The notes under the pieces were generated by a model that had not been told where the DNA came from, did no database searches, and saw only the letters and a list, made by a program, of their open reading frames with translations. A stretch of 64,000 nucleotides of DNA. Origin: Candidatus Latescibacterota bacterium. Lineage in GTDB: Bacteria; Latescibacterota; UBA2968. The stretch covers positions 192,001 through 256,000 of the forward strand of contig OZ244960.1 in the NCBI GenBank assembly GCA_965222605.1. The letters run 5' to 3'. A program made the position numbers and the translations under genes. This document shows, one piece after another, positions 19,357-29,446 of the stretch (position 1 is its first letter; every line of letters begins with the position of its first letter).

Positions 19357-20814
19357 ATGTCTGAAAAATACAATATTCTCCTGATGATCTCCGATCAGCA
19401 CAGCAAATATCACATTGGTGCTTATGGAGATCCCCTCGTACGCACGCCCCATCTCGACGGTCTGTCAGAAAGCGGTATGCACTTCACCAGCGCATATTGC
19501 GCCTCACCCGTTTGCGTGCCCAGTCGCATGTCATTTATGACGTGTCGCACACCTTCGTCCAATCGCGTGTGGAACAACAATCATTTGCTGCACTCGGGCA
19601 TTCCCACCTGGGCACATGCCATGGGACTGGCCGGGTATGAAACATCGCTTATTGGACGGATGCACTTCAACGGACACGACCAGCGACACGGCTTTGAAAA
19701 TCGGCCCTTAGGTGAATACGGCGCCATACATCCAGGCGCAAACAGGCAGGGCGCGCCCCTCTTCAAAAGTATTTCAACGGCAACCACTGGACAAAATCGC
19801 ACAGCCGTCGAAATTGCCGGACGGGGATATGGCTCGTACCACGTTTTTGACGAAATGGTCGCGGAAAGAACCAGCGCGTATCTGCGCGACAAATCGCAAA
19901 ATCCAGGCAACCGCCCCTTTGCTGCGGTGGCGGGATTCCTTTTGCCTCACTGTCCCTTTATCGCGCACAAAGAGCTTTTTGATTATTACTACGACCGCGT
20001 CGATATTCCCCAACACACGCCCAATGAACCCGGGCCTATTCGCAAATTCAAACAGCTTCGCGGCCTTTATCCCCCCCTCGACGAAGAACGCATTCGCGTT
20101 GCCCGCGCCGCTTATTTTGGCATGTGCGAATATCTGGATCTGCAAATTGGGCGCATCCTTCAGACCCTGCGAGAAACGGGTCTCGATCGCAACACGCTGG
20201 TTATTTATTGCTCGGACCACGGCGAAATGGCCGGGGAACACGGCTGCTGGTGGAAAAGCAGTTATTACGAAGGGTCTGTCGGCGTCCCCCTCATCGCAAG
20301 CCTCCCCGGCGTGATTGCACCAAATGCGGAAAGCAACCAGATATGTAATCTGATGGACATTGGCCCAACCCTGCTCGACATGGCAGGTGGAAATCCCATG
20401 CCAGACATTCACGGACACTCGCTCTGGCCGCTGCTTGCGGGACGAGATGCAGGCGACCATCCCAACGAAACATTTAGTGAACACCTGGGGCAAGAAGGCA
20501 TACCCTCGCGCATGATTCGGACCGGTCCATGGAAATGTTACACATACTACGACGATACCGCGCCCGTCCTTTACAACCTCGAAGACGATCCAGATGAAAT
20601 GCACAATCTGGGCAGCGATCCCAATTATGAACACATCCGCAACCACCTCGTATCCCGCATTTTTGAAAACTGGGATCCCGAGTATGTACTCAGAGAAAGC
20701 GCGGATATTAACCGCGATATACGCCTGCTCACCCGCTGGGGACAAGCCATTCAACCCACCCTACCCGACAGCGTCCCTGTGTCCGATGATGCCGAAGATA
20801 TTGAATGTCGATGA
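19357..20814 (+). CDS. Sulfatase (choline-sulfatase-like)
   Basis: NILLMISDQH, formylglycine motif CVPSR, GRMHF, SDHGEM. Confidence 0.92.
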   Translation: MSEKYNILLMISDQHSKYHIGAYGDPLVRTPHLDGLSESGMHFTSAYCASPVCVPSRMSFMTCRTPSSNRVWNNNHLLHSGIPTWAHAMGLAGYETSLIGRMHFNGHDQRHGFENRPLGEYGAIHPGANRQGAPLFKSISTATTGQNRTAVEIAGRGYGSYHVFDEMVAERTSAYLRDKSQNPGNRPFAAVAGFLLPHCPFIAHKELFDYYYDRVDIPQHTPNEPGPIRKFKQLRGLYPPLDEERIRVARAAYFGMCEYLDLQIGRILQTLRETGLDRNTLVIYCSDHGEMAGEHGCWWKSSYYEGSVGVPLIASLPGVIAPNAESNQICNLMDIGPTLLDMAGGNPMPDIHGHSLWPLLAGRDAGDHPNETFSEHLGQEGIPSRMIRTGPWKCYTYYDDTAPVLYNLEDDPDEMHNLGSDPNYEHIRNHLVSRIFENWDPEYVLRESADINRDIRLLTRWGQAIQPTLPDSVPVSDDAEDIECR

Positions 20815-20838
20815 ACTGAAAATTAAGGATTGGGTACT

Positions 20839-20865
20839 GGGGATGGCACAGGGGCCTTCTCCTAC
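20839..20865 (-). repeat. GTAG-type REP-like palindrome
   Basis: Reverse strand GTAGGAGAAGGCCCCTGTGCCATCCCC in the intergenic space. Confidence 0.45.
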
Positions 20866-21050
20866 AACAGATGGATATTCAGTCGCCCCGCTAACCGCTA
20901 ACCGCTAATCGCTTGTGTTTTTAAGTGACAAATGGTTCTTTTTTGCTTTACTTAAACACTCCGAAATTATCCGTTATCGCATTATACCACCTTTTGACTG
21001 AACAGTTCTGCGAGATGTCTCGGTCACTATTTTTAGAAAGGGCATATTTT

Positions 21051-23858
21051 ATGCAACTCAAGTTTTTAATCCCAACCATATTTGTCATTGTCATCGGGTT
21101 TGGGTGGTTATCATCCTATTATACCGACTGGCTGTGGTTCTCGAGTCTCAATTTTCAGGATGTATTCTGGACCACCCTGAAAGCGCGTTTCCTATCCGGC
21201 ATATTTTATGGTCTGATTGCCGCTTTAGTCATTGGTATCAACCTCTATTATGTCGGTCGCTTCACCCGCTCCGCGCTTGAAACAGACGCCTCACTTTACG
21301 ATGGTGAAATGCCCGGCGCAAGCCTGTTGCGCTCAAATACTGGCTATTTGTTAATCGCCGCAGTCCTCGTCCTCATTATGGGCAATGTCGGGTCCTCACA
21401 ATGGCCTACCCTATTGCGTTACTGGTATGGCGAATCATTTGGCACTTCCGATCCCATTTTTGGGCGTGACGTTGGATTTTATGTCTTTACTCTGCCCTTT
21501 TACCAGTTTACAGTCGGTTTTCTCATCGGTACAGTAATCGTATCAGCCCTGGCATCAGGGGTTATTTATATGGCCACAGGCGGTATTCGCTTGCAGGAAC
21601 GCATTCAACTCATGCCGCGTCCCGTCGCACACCTGTCTGTCCTTGCCGGGCTATTCTTGCTATTTTCAGCCATCAATTATTACCTCAAAATCTACGGCCT
21701 ACTCTATTCTCAGGGCAATGTCGCTTTCGGTGCGGGATTTGTCGATGTCAACGTTCAACGCTGGATATATTGGCTCCTCATCATTGCCTTTGTCGCAACG
21801 GGCATCATGCTCTTGCGAAATATCAGAACACGTGAAGCACGCCCGCTTCTCATCGGTGTTGGCGTCTTTCTCGTTGGAACCATCGGGCTGGGCAGTATTC
21901 CAGGTGTAATTGTGCAAAAACTCATCGTAGATCCCACCGAACTCCAGCGCGAAGGCCCCTACATCGAGAATAATATCGAATTTACGCGAAAAGCTTACGC
22001 GCTCGACAGGATTGTGGAACAACCCTTTGAAGCATCTGAGAACCTCACCGCAGCAGACATTGCCGCCAATCCTTTGACCATTCGCAACATCCGCATCTGG
22101 GATGAGCGCCCAATGGTGCAAACCTATCAGCAAATTCAGGAAATTCGTCCCTATTATGTCTTTCCCGGCATTGATGTTGACCGCTACACCGTTGACGGCG
22201 TGTATCGACAGGTGATGCTCTCGGGGCGCGAACTCGACACCAACCGCCTGCCTGCTCAGGCGCGCAACTGGGTCAATGAAACCCTGCAATATACACACGG
22301 ATATGGCGTTGCCATGAGCCCGGTTACGCACGTCACTCCCGAGGGCTTGCCCGCGTTTATGATCAAAGATATACCCCCGGTATCCGACGCGGCAGAGCTA
22401 CAAATTTCCCGTCCGGAAATCTACTATGGCGAACGCACCTACGGCAACGTAGTCGTCAAAACCAGCGCCGATGAATTTGACTATCCCCGGCGCGATGGCA
22501 ATGCATTTACCTCCTACGAGGGCAATGGCGGAGTGCCCATGGGGAGTTTCATCAACCGCCTGGCATTTACCATTCGCATGATGGATCCCAATTTGCTCTT
22601 GAGTAGCTACATCCTATCTGAGAGCAAAATTATGTACCATCGGCAGATCGCTCAGCGCGCACGCGAGATCGCGCCCTTCCTCTTCTACGACTCCGATCCC
22701 TATCTCGTTATCTCCGAAGGCCGTCTGTACTGGATCTTAGATGCGTACACAACCACCAACATGTATCCCTATTCCAAACGCATGGGACGGTCACAGATCA
22801 ACTACATCCGCAATGCGGTCAAGGTCGTTATGGATGCCTATCACGGTTCTGTTACCTTTTATCAAGCCGAATATGAACCCATAATTGCCGCTTATGCCGC
22901 GATGTTCCCCACCCTGTTCAAATCGCTTGATACCATGCCTGCTGATTTGCGCGCCCATGTGCGGTATCCCGTTGACCTCTTCCGCATTCAAGCAACGATG
23001 TATCGCGAATATCACATGCAGGAAGCACTGGTGTTTTACAACCAGGAAGACCTGTGGGAAATTCCAAATGAAATCTACGGCCAAAACGACCGTACACAGC
23101 CTATGGAACCGTATTATATCATCGTCAAATTGCCCGGCGAACAACGCGAAGAGTTTCTCCTGCTCGTGCCCTTCACACCCGCCAAAAAGGACAACATGAT
23201 CGGTTGGCTGGCCGCCCGATGCGACGGAGAAAACTACGGCGACTTGCTGGTCTATACCTTGCCCAAGGAAAAACTCATCTTTGGCCCTATGCAACTCGAG
23301 GCCCGCATCGATCAGCAGCCAGATATATCGAGTCAACTCACCCTGTGGGGACAAGGCGGCTCCGAAGTCATTCGCGGAAATCTTTTGGCTGTGCCCATCG
23401 AATCATCTTTCCTATACGTTGAACCCATCTACCTTCAAGCCCGCCAGGAATCCGAGCAATTCCAACAACAGGGCTTTGAGGGCGAAGGCGGTGGGCAGCC
23501 TCAGCAAGGACAACCACCGCGTCAACTCCAGCACAGCACGGCCATCCCCGAACTCAAGCAAGTAATCGTCGCCTTTGGTGGGCAGGTCATCATGCGCGAT
23601 ACATTTGAAGAGGCTCTCAACGAACTGTTTGGCTCCGCCGCGGGGAAAACCCTGGAATCCTCAAGTTCCAAAGAAACACCCGCGACAACATCAGAACAAC
23701 CCACTGAACGCACCGCAGCAGCGTTGGTCTCAGAAGCAGATATGCAATTCCAGCGCGTGCGGGAATCGCTTCAAAAGTGGGATTGGACAACCGCGGGCGA
23801 AGCGATGAAACAGTTGGAACAATCGATTCTCGAATTAAAAAAGACACTGGAGAAATAA
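21051..23858 (+). CDS. UPF0182 family membrane protein
   Basis: YTDWLWF, DPIFGRDVGFYVFTLP, NIRIWD, YTHGYG, INYIRNAVK, VIRGNLL. Confidence 0.93.
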   Translation: MQLKFLIPTIFVIVIGFGWLSSYYTDWLWFSSLNFQDVFWTTLKARFLSGIFYGLIAALVIGINLYYVGRFTRSALETDASLYDGEMPGASLLRSNTGYLLIAAVLVLIMGNVGSSQWPTLLRYWYGESFGTSDPIFGRDVGFYVFTLPFYQFTVGFLIGTVIVSALASGVIYMATGGIRLQERIQLMPRPVAHLSVLAGLFLLFSAINYYLKIYGLLYSQGNVAFGAGFVDVNVQRWIYWLLIIAFVATGIMLLRNIRTREARPLLIGVGVFLVGTIGLGSIPGVIVQKLIVDPTELQREGPYIENNIEFTRKAYALDRIVEQPFEASENLTAADIAANPLTIRNIRIWDERPMVQTYQQIQEIRPYYVFPGIDVDRYTVDGVYRQVMLSGRELDTNRLPAQARNWVNETLQYTHGYGVAMSPVTHVTPEGLPAFMIKDIPPVSDAAELQISRPEIYYGERTYGNVVVKTSADEFDYPRRDGNAFTSYEGNGGVPMGSFINRLAFTIRMMDPNLLLSSYILSESKIMYHRQIAQRAREIAPFLFYDSDPYLVISEGRLYWILDAYTTTNMYPYSKRMGRSQINYIRNAVKVVMDAYHGSVTFYQAEYEPIIAAYAAMFPTLFKSLDTMPADLRAHVRYPVDLFRIQATMYREYHMQEALVFYNQEDLWEIPNEIYGQNDRTQPMEPYYIIVKLPGEQREEFLLLVPFTPAKKDNMIGWLAARCDGENYGDLLVYTLPKEKLIFGPMQLEARIDQQPDISSQLTLWGQGGSEVIRGNLLAVPIESSFLYVEPIYLQARQESEQFQQQGFEGEGGGQPQQGQPPRQLQHSTAIPELKQVIVAFGGQVIMRDTFEEALNELFGSAAGKTLESSSSKETPATTSEQPTERTAAALVSEADMQFQRVRESLQKWDWTTAGEAMKQLEQSILELKKTLEK

Positions 23859-23886
23859 TCGCTCCACCCATTTTCCCAGTTCAAAC

Positions 23887-23925
23887 ATGGATAGACGGGA
23901 TTATTCTGTCTATCCATAGTTTTTT
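23887..23925 (+). terminator. Intrinsic terminator after the UPF0182 gene
   Basis: ATGGATAGAC...GTCTATCCAT hairpin + T run. Confidence 0.6.
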
Positions 23926-23947
23926 AGAACTTCACAGAAAGGAAAAA

Positions 23948-24925
23948 ATGGCTGTAAAAGTCGGATTTATCGGAACTGGCGGCATTTCACGCCCCCACCG
24001 GAAACATCTCAAAAATATGGATGACGTAGAAGTGGTGGCAATGTGCGATCTCGAAAAAGACCGCGTCGCAGAAGCCGCCGAAGAATGGAATGCAGCTGTC
24101 TATACAGATTACAAAACAATGCTCGAAAACGAAGAAATGGACGCGCTATATGTGTGCATTCCGCCCTTTGCACACGAAGAGCAGGAAATCATAGCCGCCG
24201 AAAAAGGCATTGCCCTCTTCGTAGAAAAACCCGTGTCTGTCACAATGGAAAAAGCCCGCGAAGTCGATGCAGCTATTCGGAAAAACAACGTCGTATCGTG
24301 CGTTGGCTTTCAAGGGCGATATTTAGACATTATTGTACAGACAAAAGACCTGCTCAAAGATCGTCCCGTTGGTATGGCAATGGGATACTGGATGGGCGGG
24401 ATGCCACAAGTGCCCTGGTGGCGGCGCAAAGAAATGTCGGGCGGACAGGCCGTTGAGCAAACCATTCACGTCACCGATATGGCGCGCTATCTCTTTGGCG
24501 ACGTAAAATCCGTCTATGCGGCTGGGCGCACGGGTTTGATGACCGATGTGCCCGACTACAACATCGAAGACAGCAGCGCAGCCACGCTCGTTTTTAAAAA
24601 TGGTCTGGCCGCCACTATCTTCTCAGCGTGTTTTCTGTCCGGAGGACGCGGCAAAGGCGGCATTGACATCTTCACCAAAGACATGAACATCGAATACCGC
24701 GAGCGCAAATCCATCACCATCATTCAAGGTGGCAATTCAGAACTGGTCGAGGTGCAAAACGATTTCTGGCAAGATATGGACAATGACTTTATAGATGCCG
24801 TGCGAAAAGGCGACGACTCCGCACTCAAAACCACGTACGCCGATGCCGTCAAAACGCAGGAAGTCGTCATGGCCGTAAACCGCTCAATAGAAACGGGCGA
24901 AGTGGTTCAGATATCGGATATGTAA
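23948..24925 (+). CDS. Gfo/Idh/MocA family oxidoreductase
   Basis: KVGFIGTGGI, LFVEKP, SGGQAVEQTIH; ATG after AAGGA. Confidence 0.92.
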   Translation: MAVKVGFIGTGGISRPHRKHLKNMDDVEVVAMCDLEKDRVAEAAEEWNAAVYTDYKTMLENEEMDALYVCIPPFAHEEQEIIAAEKGIALFVEKPVSVTMEKAREVDAAIRKNNVVSCVGFQGRYLDIIVQTKDLLKDRPVGMAMGYWMGGMPQVPWWRRKEMSGGQAVEQTIHVTDMARYLFGDVKSVYAAGRTGLMTDVPDYNIEDSSAATLVFKNGLAATIFSACFLSGGRGKGGIDIFTKDMNIEYRERKSITIIQGGNSELVEVQNDFWQDMDNDFIDAVRKGDDSALKTTYADAVKTQEVVMAVNRSIETGEVVQISDM

Positions 24926-24949
24926 AAAAGAACGGGAAGGAGGATCACA

Positions 24950-25510
24950 ATGGCAGACATATCTTTCGAAGATTTTGTGGACCAACAGGTAGCCGAGGCC
25001 GAGCAAGCACAGTCAATGGACTGGCCCCAAAGACGCGAAGATTGGATAAACCATCTTAATAAATTCTACGAGTTGGCTCTGGGATTTCTTGAGAAATATA
25101 TCGAAGAAGAGAAAATACATATCAGATGGGCCACAAAGCGCATCAATGAGGACTTTATTGGTAACTATGATGTGAAGTCACTTGAAGTGTCGATTGGTGC
25201 TGTTATCACAATCCATTTCGATCCCATCGGTACCAATCTGATTGGTGCTAAAGGTCGTGTAGATATGCATGGGCCACACGGCACTGTCAGATTCGTTCTC
25301 GTTCCGAAAACAGATTCTTCTCCCTCGCCCGTCACCATTCAGGATGAGCCAAAACCTCAGGCAATGGAATTAAAAACGTTGAAAGAGACTTCGGACATCA
25401 AATACGAAGACTGTGTATGGAAAATATCGACCAGGCCTCCAAACATCAAGTACATCGAACTTGAAGAGGAGTCCTTCCTCTCCGCGGTCATGGAAGTCGC
25501 AAATGCCTAA
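24950..25510 (+). CDS. Hypothetical protein, first gene of a two-gene module
   Basis: Strong GGAGG SD; acidic protein with PIGTNLIGAKGRVDM; overlaps the next gene. Confidence 0.7.
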   Translation: MADISFEDFVDQQVAEAEQAQSMDWPQRREDWINHLNKFYELALGFLEKYIEEEKIHIRWATKRINEDFIGNYDVKSLEVSIGAVITIHFDPIGTNLIGAKGRVDMHGPHGTVRFVLVPKTDSSPSPVTIQDEPKPQAMELKTLKETSDIKYEDCVWKISTRPPNIKYIELEEESFLSAVMEVANA

Positions 25511-26039
25511 TGTTCGGAGAATTACATTTTCTGGACAGCACCTTCAACTTGCCCAAATAGCTCAATATTACAGTGATATTGAAGCATCGGTAAGGAACTA
25601 CTTTTCTTCAATCAACCCTCGCTTTGTTGAACGGTTCACCGGTTATACGCAGCAGGAAATGGAACGCGAGATGGACTCCGTTCTCGAAGAACACGCACGG
25701 AGCACATCCATGAGCATCCTATCAGCTTTAGAAGCAACTTTCCGTATGGATTTTTTGCAGCGTTGCTATAAAAGACGAAGAGATCCTCTATCAAGAGCCT
25801 TCCGAACAATACATAGTGTAAAAGGACAATATGTACCGCTAACGGATATTTTCTCCGAATGGCAACGGCATTCAGATGTTTCCCAATCTGTTATTGCGGA
25901 TATGAATCGTGCTTTCCGTTATAGACATTGGCTTGCACATGGTCGGTATTGGACGCCAAAAATCGGCCAAGAGTATGACTACGACGATATCTATACGCTT
26001 GCCGAATCGATATATGGCTCATTTCCTTTTGAAGTATGA
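25503..26039 (+). CDS. Hypothetical protein with HEPN-like motifs
   Basis: ATG overlaps the upstream gene; mostly helical; LEATFR (ExxxR) and RHWLAH (Rx4H). Confidence 0.6.
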   Translation: MPNVRRITFSGQHLQLAQIAQYYSDIEASVRNYFSSINPRFVERFTGYTQQEMEREMDSVLEEHARSTSMSILSALEATFRMDFLQRCYKRRRDPLSRAFRTIHSVKGQYVPLTDIFSEWQRHSDVSQSVIADMNRAFRYRHWLAHGRYWTPKIGQEYDYDDIYTLAESIYGSFPFEV

Positions 26040-26078
26040 CCTGCTAACGCGCTCTTAAGAGGCTGTTTTACAATCCTT

Positions 26079-26615
26079 TCAGTGAACACTATTTTTTAAA
26101 AAATCAGAAGACAAGACGCCTTTATAAGGCGTACCAGTTTCTGGGTCGCGGTACATTCGCAGGCGATATCCCGCGATACCGAACCCTTGAGCCTCCCAAA
26201 AAGACAGGGCATTTGGATTGTCTCGGCGCACATTGAGATCCAATTGCCGAATGCCCCTCTCATCGAAGTTTTTAAACATCCAGCCCGCCATTTTTGATCC
26301 ATACCCCTTGCGCCGGTGTTCCGCGGCGATATAAAAATCGTGAACATAAGCGGTCTGATCTTCAATCTCAAAAGAGACAAATCCAATCGGCTGTTTCTCA
26401 ATAAGTGCCCAATGGGGATGTCGATTGCCGCCCGCCCATGTAAACGTCTCCCGAAAAAAAGAGTCGCGCGATTCCCGCGACTTGCACACGGCTGCATCGG
26501 GCATTAAATCGCGCCAATAAGCCTCGGCCATTGCGCGGAATTGCTCGCGCGTTTCAACGGGCACGGGTTCAATGTGAAGATCGCTCGCCATATCTATATT
26601 CTCAAAACCGCTCAA
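26079..26615 (-). CDS. GNAT family N-acetyltransferase
   Basis: HRRKGYGS acetyl-CoA motif; NPNALSFWEAQGF. Confidence 0.85.
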   Translation of the reverse strand: MSGFENIDMASDLHIEPVPVETREQFRAMAEAYWRDLMPDAAVCKSRESRDSFFRETFTWAGGNRHPHWALIEKQPIGFVSFEIEDQTAYVHDFYIAAEHRRKGYGSKMAGWMFKNFDERGIRQLDLNVRRDNPNALSFWEAQGFGIAGYRLRMYRDPETGTPYKGVLSSDFLKNSVH

Positions 26616-27735
26616 GGCGATAGTGCTTCAAAAAATCTATCCGAGCACCATCCAAAATCTCAATCGCCGCACATTCGCCAATTAAAGGCGCGAGCGTAAC
26701 CCCGCTGTGGGTCACAGACAAATAGAGATTTGGGACCTGTTGGGGAAATCCGAGAATCGGGTGTCCATCCTTCGGAATAGGCCGTCGCCCGCGCCGGACC
26801 TCGCGCACGGGCACGCCTTCAATTGCCGGCAAAAACCGCGCCACAGCATCGACCACCCGCTGAACTTCTTCATCGGACTGCCCAAGCGAACCGCCATCGT
26901 ACACGCGACCTTGCGCCCCGCCGTGAAGCATCACCGAACCATTGGGTAATTGCCTGAAATTGGTCTGCGGGGGACAATCGCGGGGCGAATGCACCACCGA
27001 TACATTTTCAAAAACAGGTGGTACAGGCTCTGTCAAAATCGTACATCCAAATGTGTAATACATGGGCACATCAATATCTGCCATAGCCGCAAGTGCTCCT
27101 GTATCTGCCCCCCCAGCAAGCACGACCGCATCACACGCAATCTCGCCCCGATCCGTCACCACAGCCGCTATATCCGAACCCGAACGCGCCAGCCCCACGA
27201 CGCGCGTCTGAAAAAAAATATCCGCACCCCATTCCTTCAACCGTTCAACACATGCCCCAACAACAGCCCCCGTATCTGCATGTCCTTCTATATCCGTATA
27301 AGAAGCTGCCGTCACAACGCCCGGCTTCAAACGCGGCTCTAATGCTTCAACCTCCTCCCTATTCAACAAACGGATAGGATATCCCCACGACTGCAAAACG
27401 CCCGCACGCTCCACGATTTCCCGCGCCCCATCATCCGTAGAAGCCCATCGCAATTCGCCGCCCCATGTCGCGCTTTGCGGTATGCCCAGTCGCTCGACAA
27501 ATCGCGCCCACATATCCAGCGAGCGTCGATTAAAAAGATGATAATGTCTGGGATTTTTGTCGCGTGCATTCATCCACGCAAAGGACACAGCAGTTGCCGG
27601 TTGAATAGCGGACCTCTTCCCGGGTTCACCTGCATCAATCAGCGTGACCTTTGCACCGCGTCTCGCCAGGTGAAATGCGATTGATGCCCCCACGATACCC
27701 GCACCAATCACAGCGATATTTGAAAAATTGTCCAC
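26602..27735 (-). CDS. FAD-dependent oxidoreductase (DAO/glycine oxidase-like)
   Basis: VIGAGIVG, RPIPKDGHPILG, HSGVTLAP. Confidence 0.88.
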   Translation of the reverse strand: MDNFSNIAVIGAGIVGASIAFHLARRGAKVTLIDAGEPGKRSAIQPATAVSFAWMNARDKNPRHYHLFNRRSLDMWARFVERLGIPQSATWGGELRWASTDDGAREIVERAGVLQSWGYPIRLLNREEVEALEPRLKPGVVTAASYTDIEGHADTGAVVGACVERLKEWGADIFFQTRVVGLARSGSDIAAVVTDRGEIACDAVVLAGGADTGALAAMADIDVPMYYTFGCTILTEPVPPVFENVSVVHSPRDCPPQTNFRQLPNGSVMLHGGAQGRVYDGGSLGQSDEEVQRVVDAVARFLPAIEGVPVREVRRGRRPIPKDGHPILGFPQQVPNLYLSVTHSGVTLAPLIGECAAIEILDGARIDFLKHYRLERF

Positions 27736-27756
27736 TCGTCTTTCGCCTTTTCAGTA

Positions 27757-27800
27757 CACACAAAACGGGTTCACCTGTGATGGTCAACCCGTTTTGTGTG
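27757..27800. terminator. Intergenic hairpin (terminator or mRNA stabiliser)
   Basis: Perfect 15-bp inverted repeat CACACAAAACGGGTT / AACCCGTTTTGTGTG. Confidence 0.5.
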
Positions 27801-27813
27801 CCGGTATAAGTTA

Positions 27814-29364
27814 TCAATATGCGTCCCTCTGATACGCCTCTATCTCACCCGCCTTGTAACGCCTCCAGTATTCTTTGAGCCTGTCTTTGATCTCCGGACT
27901 CATGATAATACAGCCGATAATATTCGGAAACGCCATTGCAAAAATCATCGCGTCGGAAAAATCGACCACACTCTTTAGCGCAGTTACAGACCCAATAAAT
28001 ATAAAGCACACAAAAACAATTCGATACGTCAGAGTAGATCGCAATCCAAAAAGATATTCCCACGCTCGCTCGCCATAATATGCCCATGCGACCATCGTCG
28101 TATAAGCAAAGAACATTGCCACAACTGCGAGCACATAACGCGACCCAGGCGCGAACGAATCAAATGCCGTAGATGTCATCTGGATCCCCACGAGATACCC
28201 ACTTTGTCCTTGAAATTCGGCAAACTGATAAGCACCCGTAATCATACAAATCAATGCCGTCATTAAACATATAATAACAGTGTCAATGAACGGCCCGATC
28301 ATCGCCACTATCCCCTCGCGCACGGGTTCATCGGTTTTGGCTGCCGCATGGGCAAATGCCGCAGAACCCAACCCCGCTTCGTTGGAAAAAGCCGCCCTGC
28401 GTACCCCTTGAACCAGAACCCCCATAAAGCCGCCATACATAGCTTCAGGTATAAATGCTTGAGAAATGATATTTGCAATCAGATTGGGCAATTCGGTAAT
28501 ACGCGCTAAAATAATGAGAAAGGATGTGAGCACATACAACCCACACATGAAGGGTACAATGCCCGCTGTGACAGTGCCAATGCGCTTGATTCCTCCACTG
28601 ATGACAACGGCCACCACCACGGCCATTAAAAGCCCAATAACCCAGTTATAGGTCTTAAATCCCTCGGACACAGTGCCGAGCATTTCAACTGTCTGATTCA
28701 CTTGAAACATATTGCCGATGCCCAGAGACCCGCCAACTGTCAACACGGCAAAAATCACGGCCATCACGCGCCCCAAAATCCCAAGTCCTTTTTCTTTTAA
28801 GCCCTGTTCCAGATAGTACATCGGACCACCCGATACGCGACCATCGGGATGGATTCTTCTGTACATCACCGCCAGAGTACAGGATACAAACTTGGACGCC
28901 ATACCAAAAAAAGCTGTGACAATCATCCAGAAAACAGCACCGGGACCCCCGGAACTCACCGCAATCGCTACACCCGCGATATTCCCCTGCCCCACAGTGG
29001 CAGACAACGCACTGGTCAGGGCCTTAAAATGCGAAATTTCACCGGGATGATCCGGATTGTCATACCCTCCGCGAATCACATCAATCGAATGTTTCATTCC
29101 GCGCAGAGAGATCCAGCGAAAATAAAAAGAATAATAAATGCCACCACCCACGAGAACAATAATGACGAGTGGAATACCCAGGCCAAAATCAAAAAATATA
29201 ATCGAAGATAGAAAATTGGTTATCGCACCTAAGCCTTCATTCAATACGTCAATAACCATCTGTATCGCGCCAGGCAACTCGCCAGCCAAAGCTTCCTGTG
29301 CAAATGCATCGCGGGACAGAAATAGTCCCATTAGAAAGGCGAAATGAGAACACCTGAAAAACAT
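27814..29364 (-). CDS. Alanine/glycine:cation symporter (AGCS), paralogue 2
   Basis: ALSATVGQGNIAGVA, GGPGAVFWM, GGPMYYL, FSNEAGLGSA, PFIDT. Confidence 0.93.
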   Translation of the reverse strand: MFFRCSHFAFLMGLFLSRDAFAQEALAGELPGAIQMVIDVLNEGLGAITNFLSSIIFFDFGLGIPLVIIVLVGGGIYYSFYFRWISLRGMKHSIDVIRGGYDNPDHPGEISHFKALTSALSATVGQGNIAGVAIAVSSGGPGAVFWMIVTAFFGMASKFVSCTLAVMYRRIHPDGRVSGGPMYYLEQGLKEKGLGILGRVMAVIFAVLTVGGSLGIGNMFQVNQTVEMLGTVSEGFKTYNWVIGLLMAVVVAVVISGGIKRIGTVTAGIVPFMCGLYVLTSFLIILARITELPNLIANIISQAFIPEAMYGGFMGVLVQGVRRAAFSNEAGLGSAAFAHAAAKTDEPVREGIVAMIGPFIDTVIICLMTALICMITGAYQFAEFQGQSGYLVGIQMTSTAFDSFAPGSRYVLAVVAMFFAYTTMVAWAYYGERAWEYLFGLRSTLTYRIVFVCFIFIGSVTALKSVVDFSDAMIFAMAFPNIIGCIIMSPEIKDRLKEYWRRYKAGEIEAYQRDAY

Positions 29365-29446
29365 TGGAAAATTCCTCAGCTTTTGATTTATATGCCACTA
29401 TGCGAACAATACCGGTCATCAGGGGCTGCTGGTTGCCGACATGGGA

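Noticed and set aside
19774-20754. Long antisense or alternative-frame ORFs (326 aa here; also 15115-15978, 17769-18635, 39353-40174)
   Set aside because: They lie wholly within well-supported genes and show no recognisable motifs.
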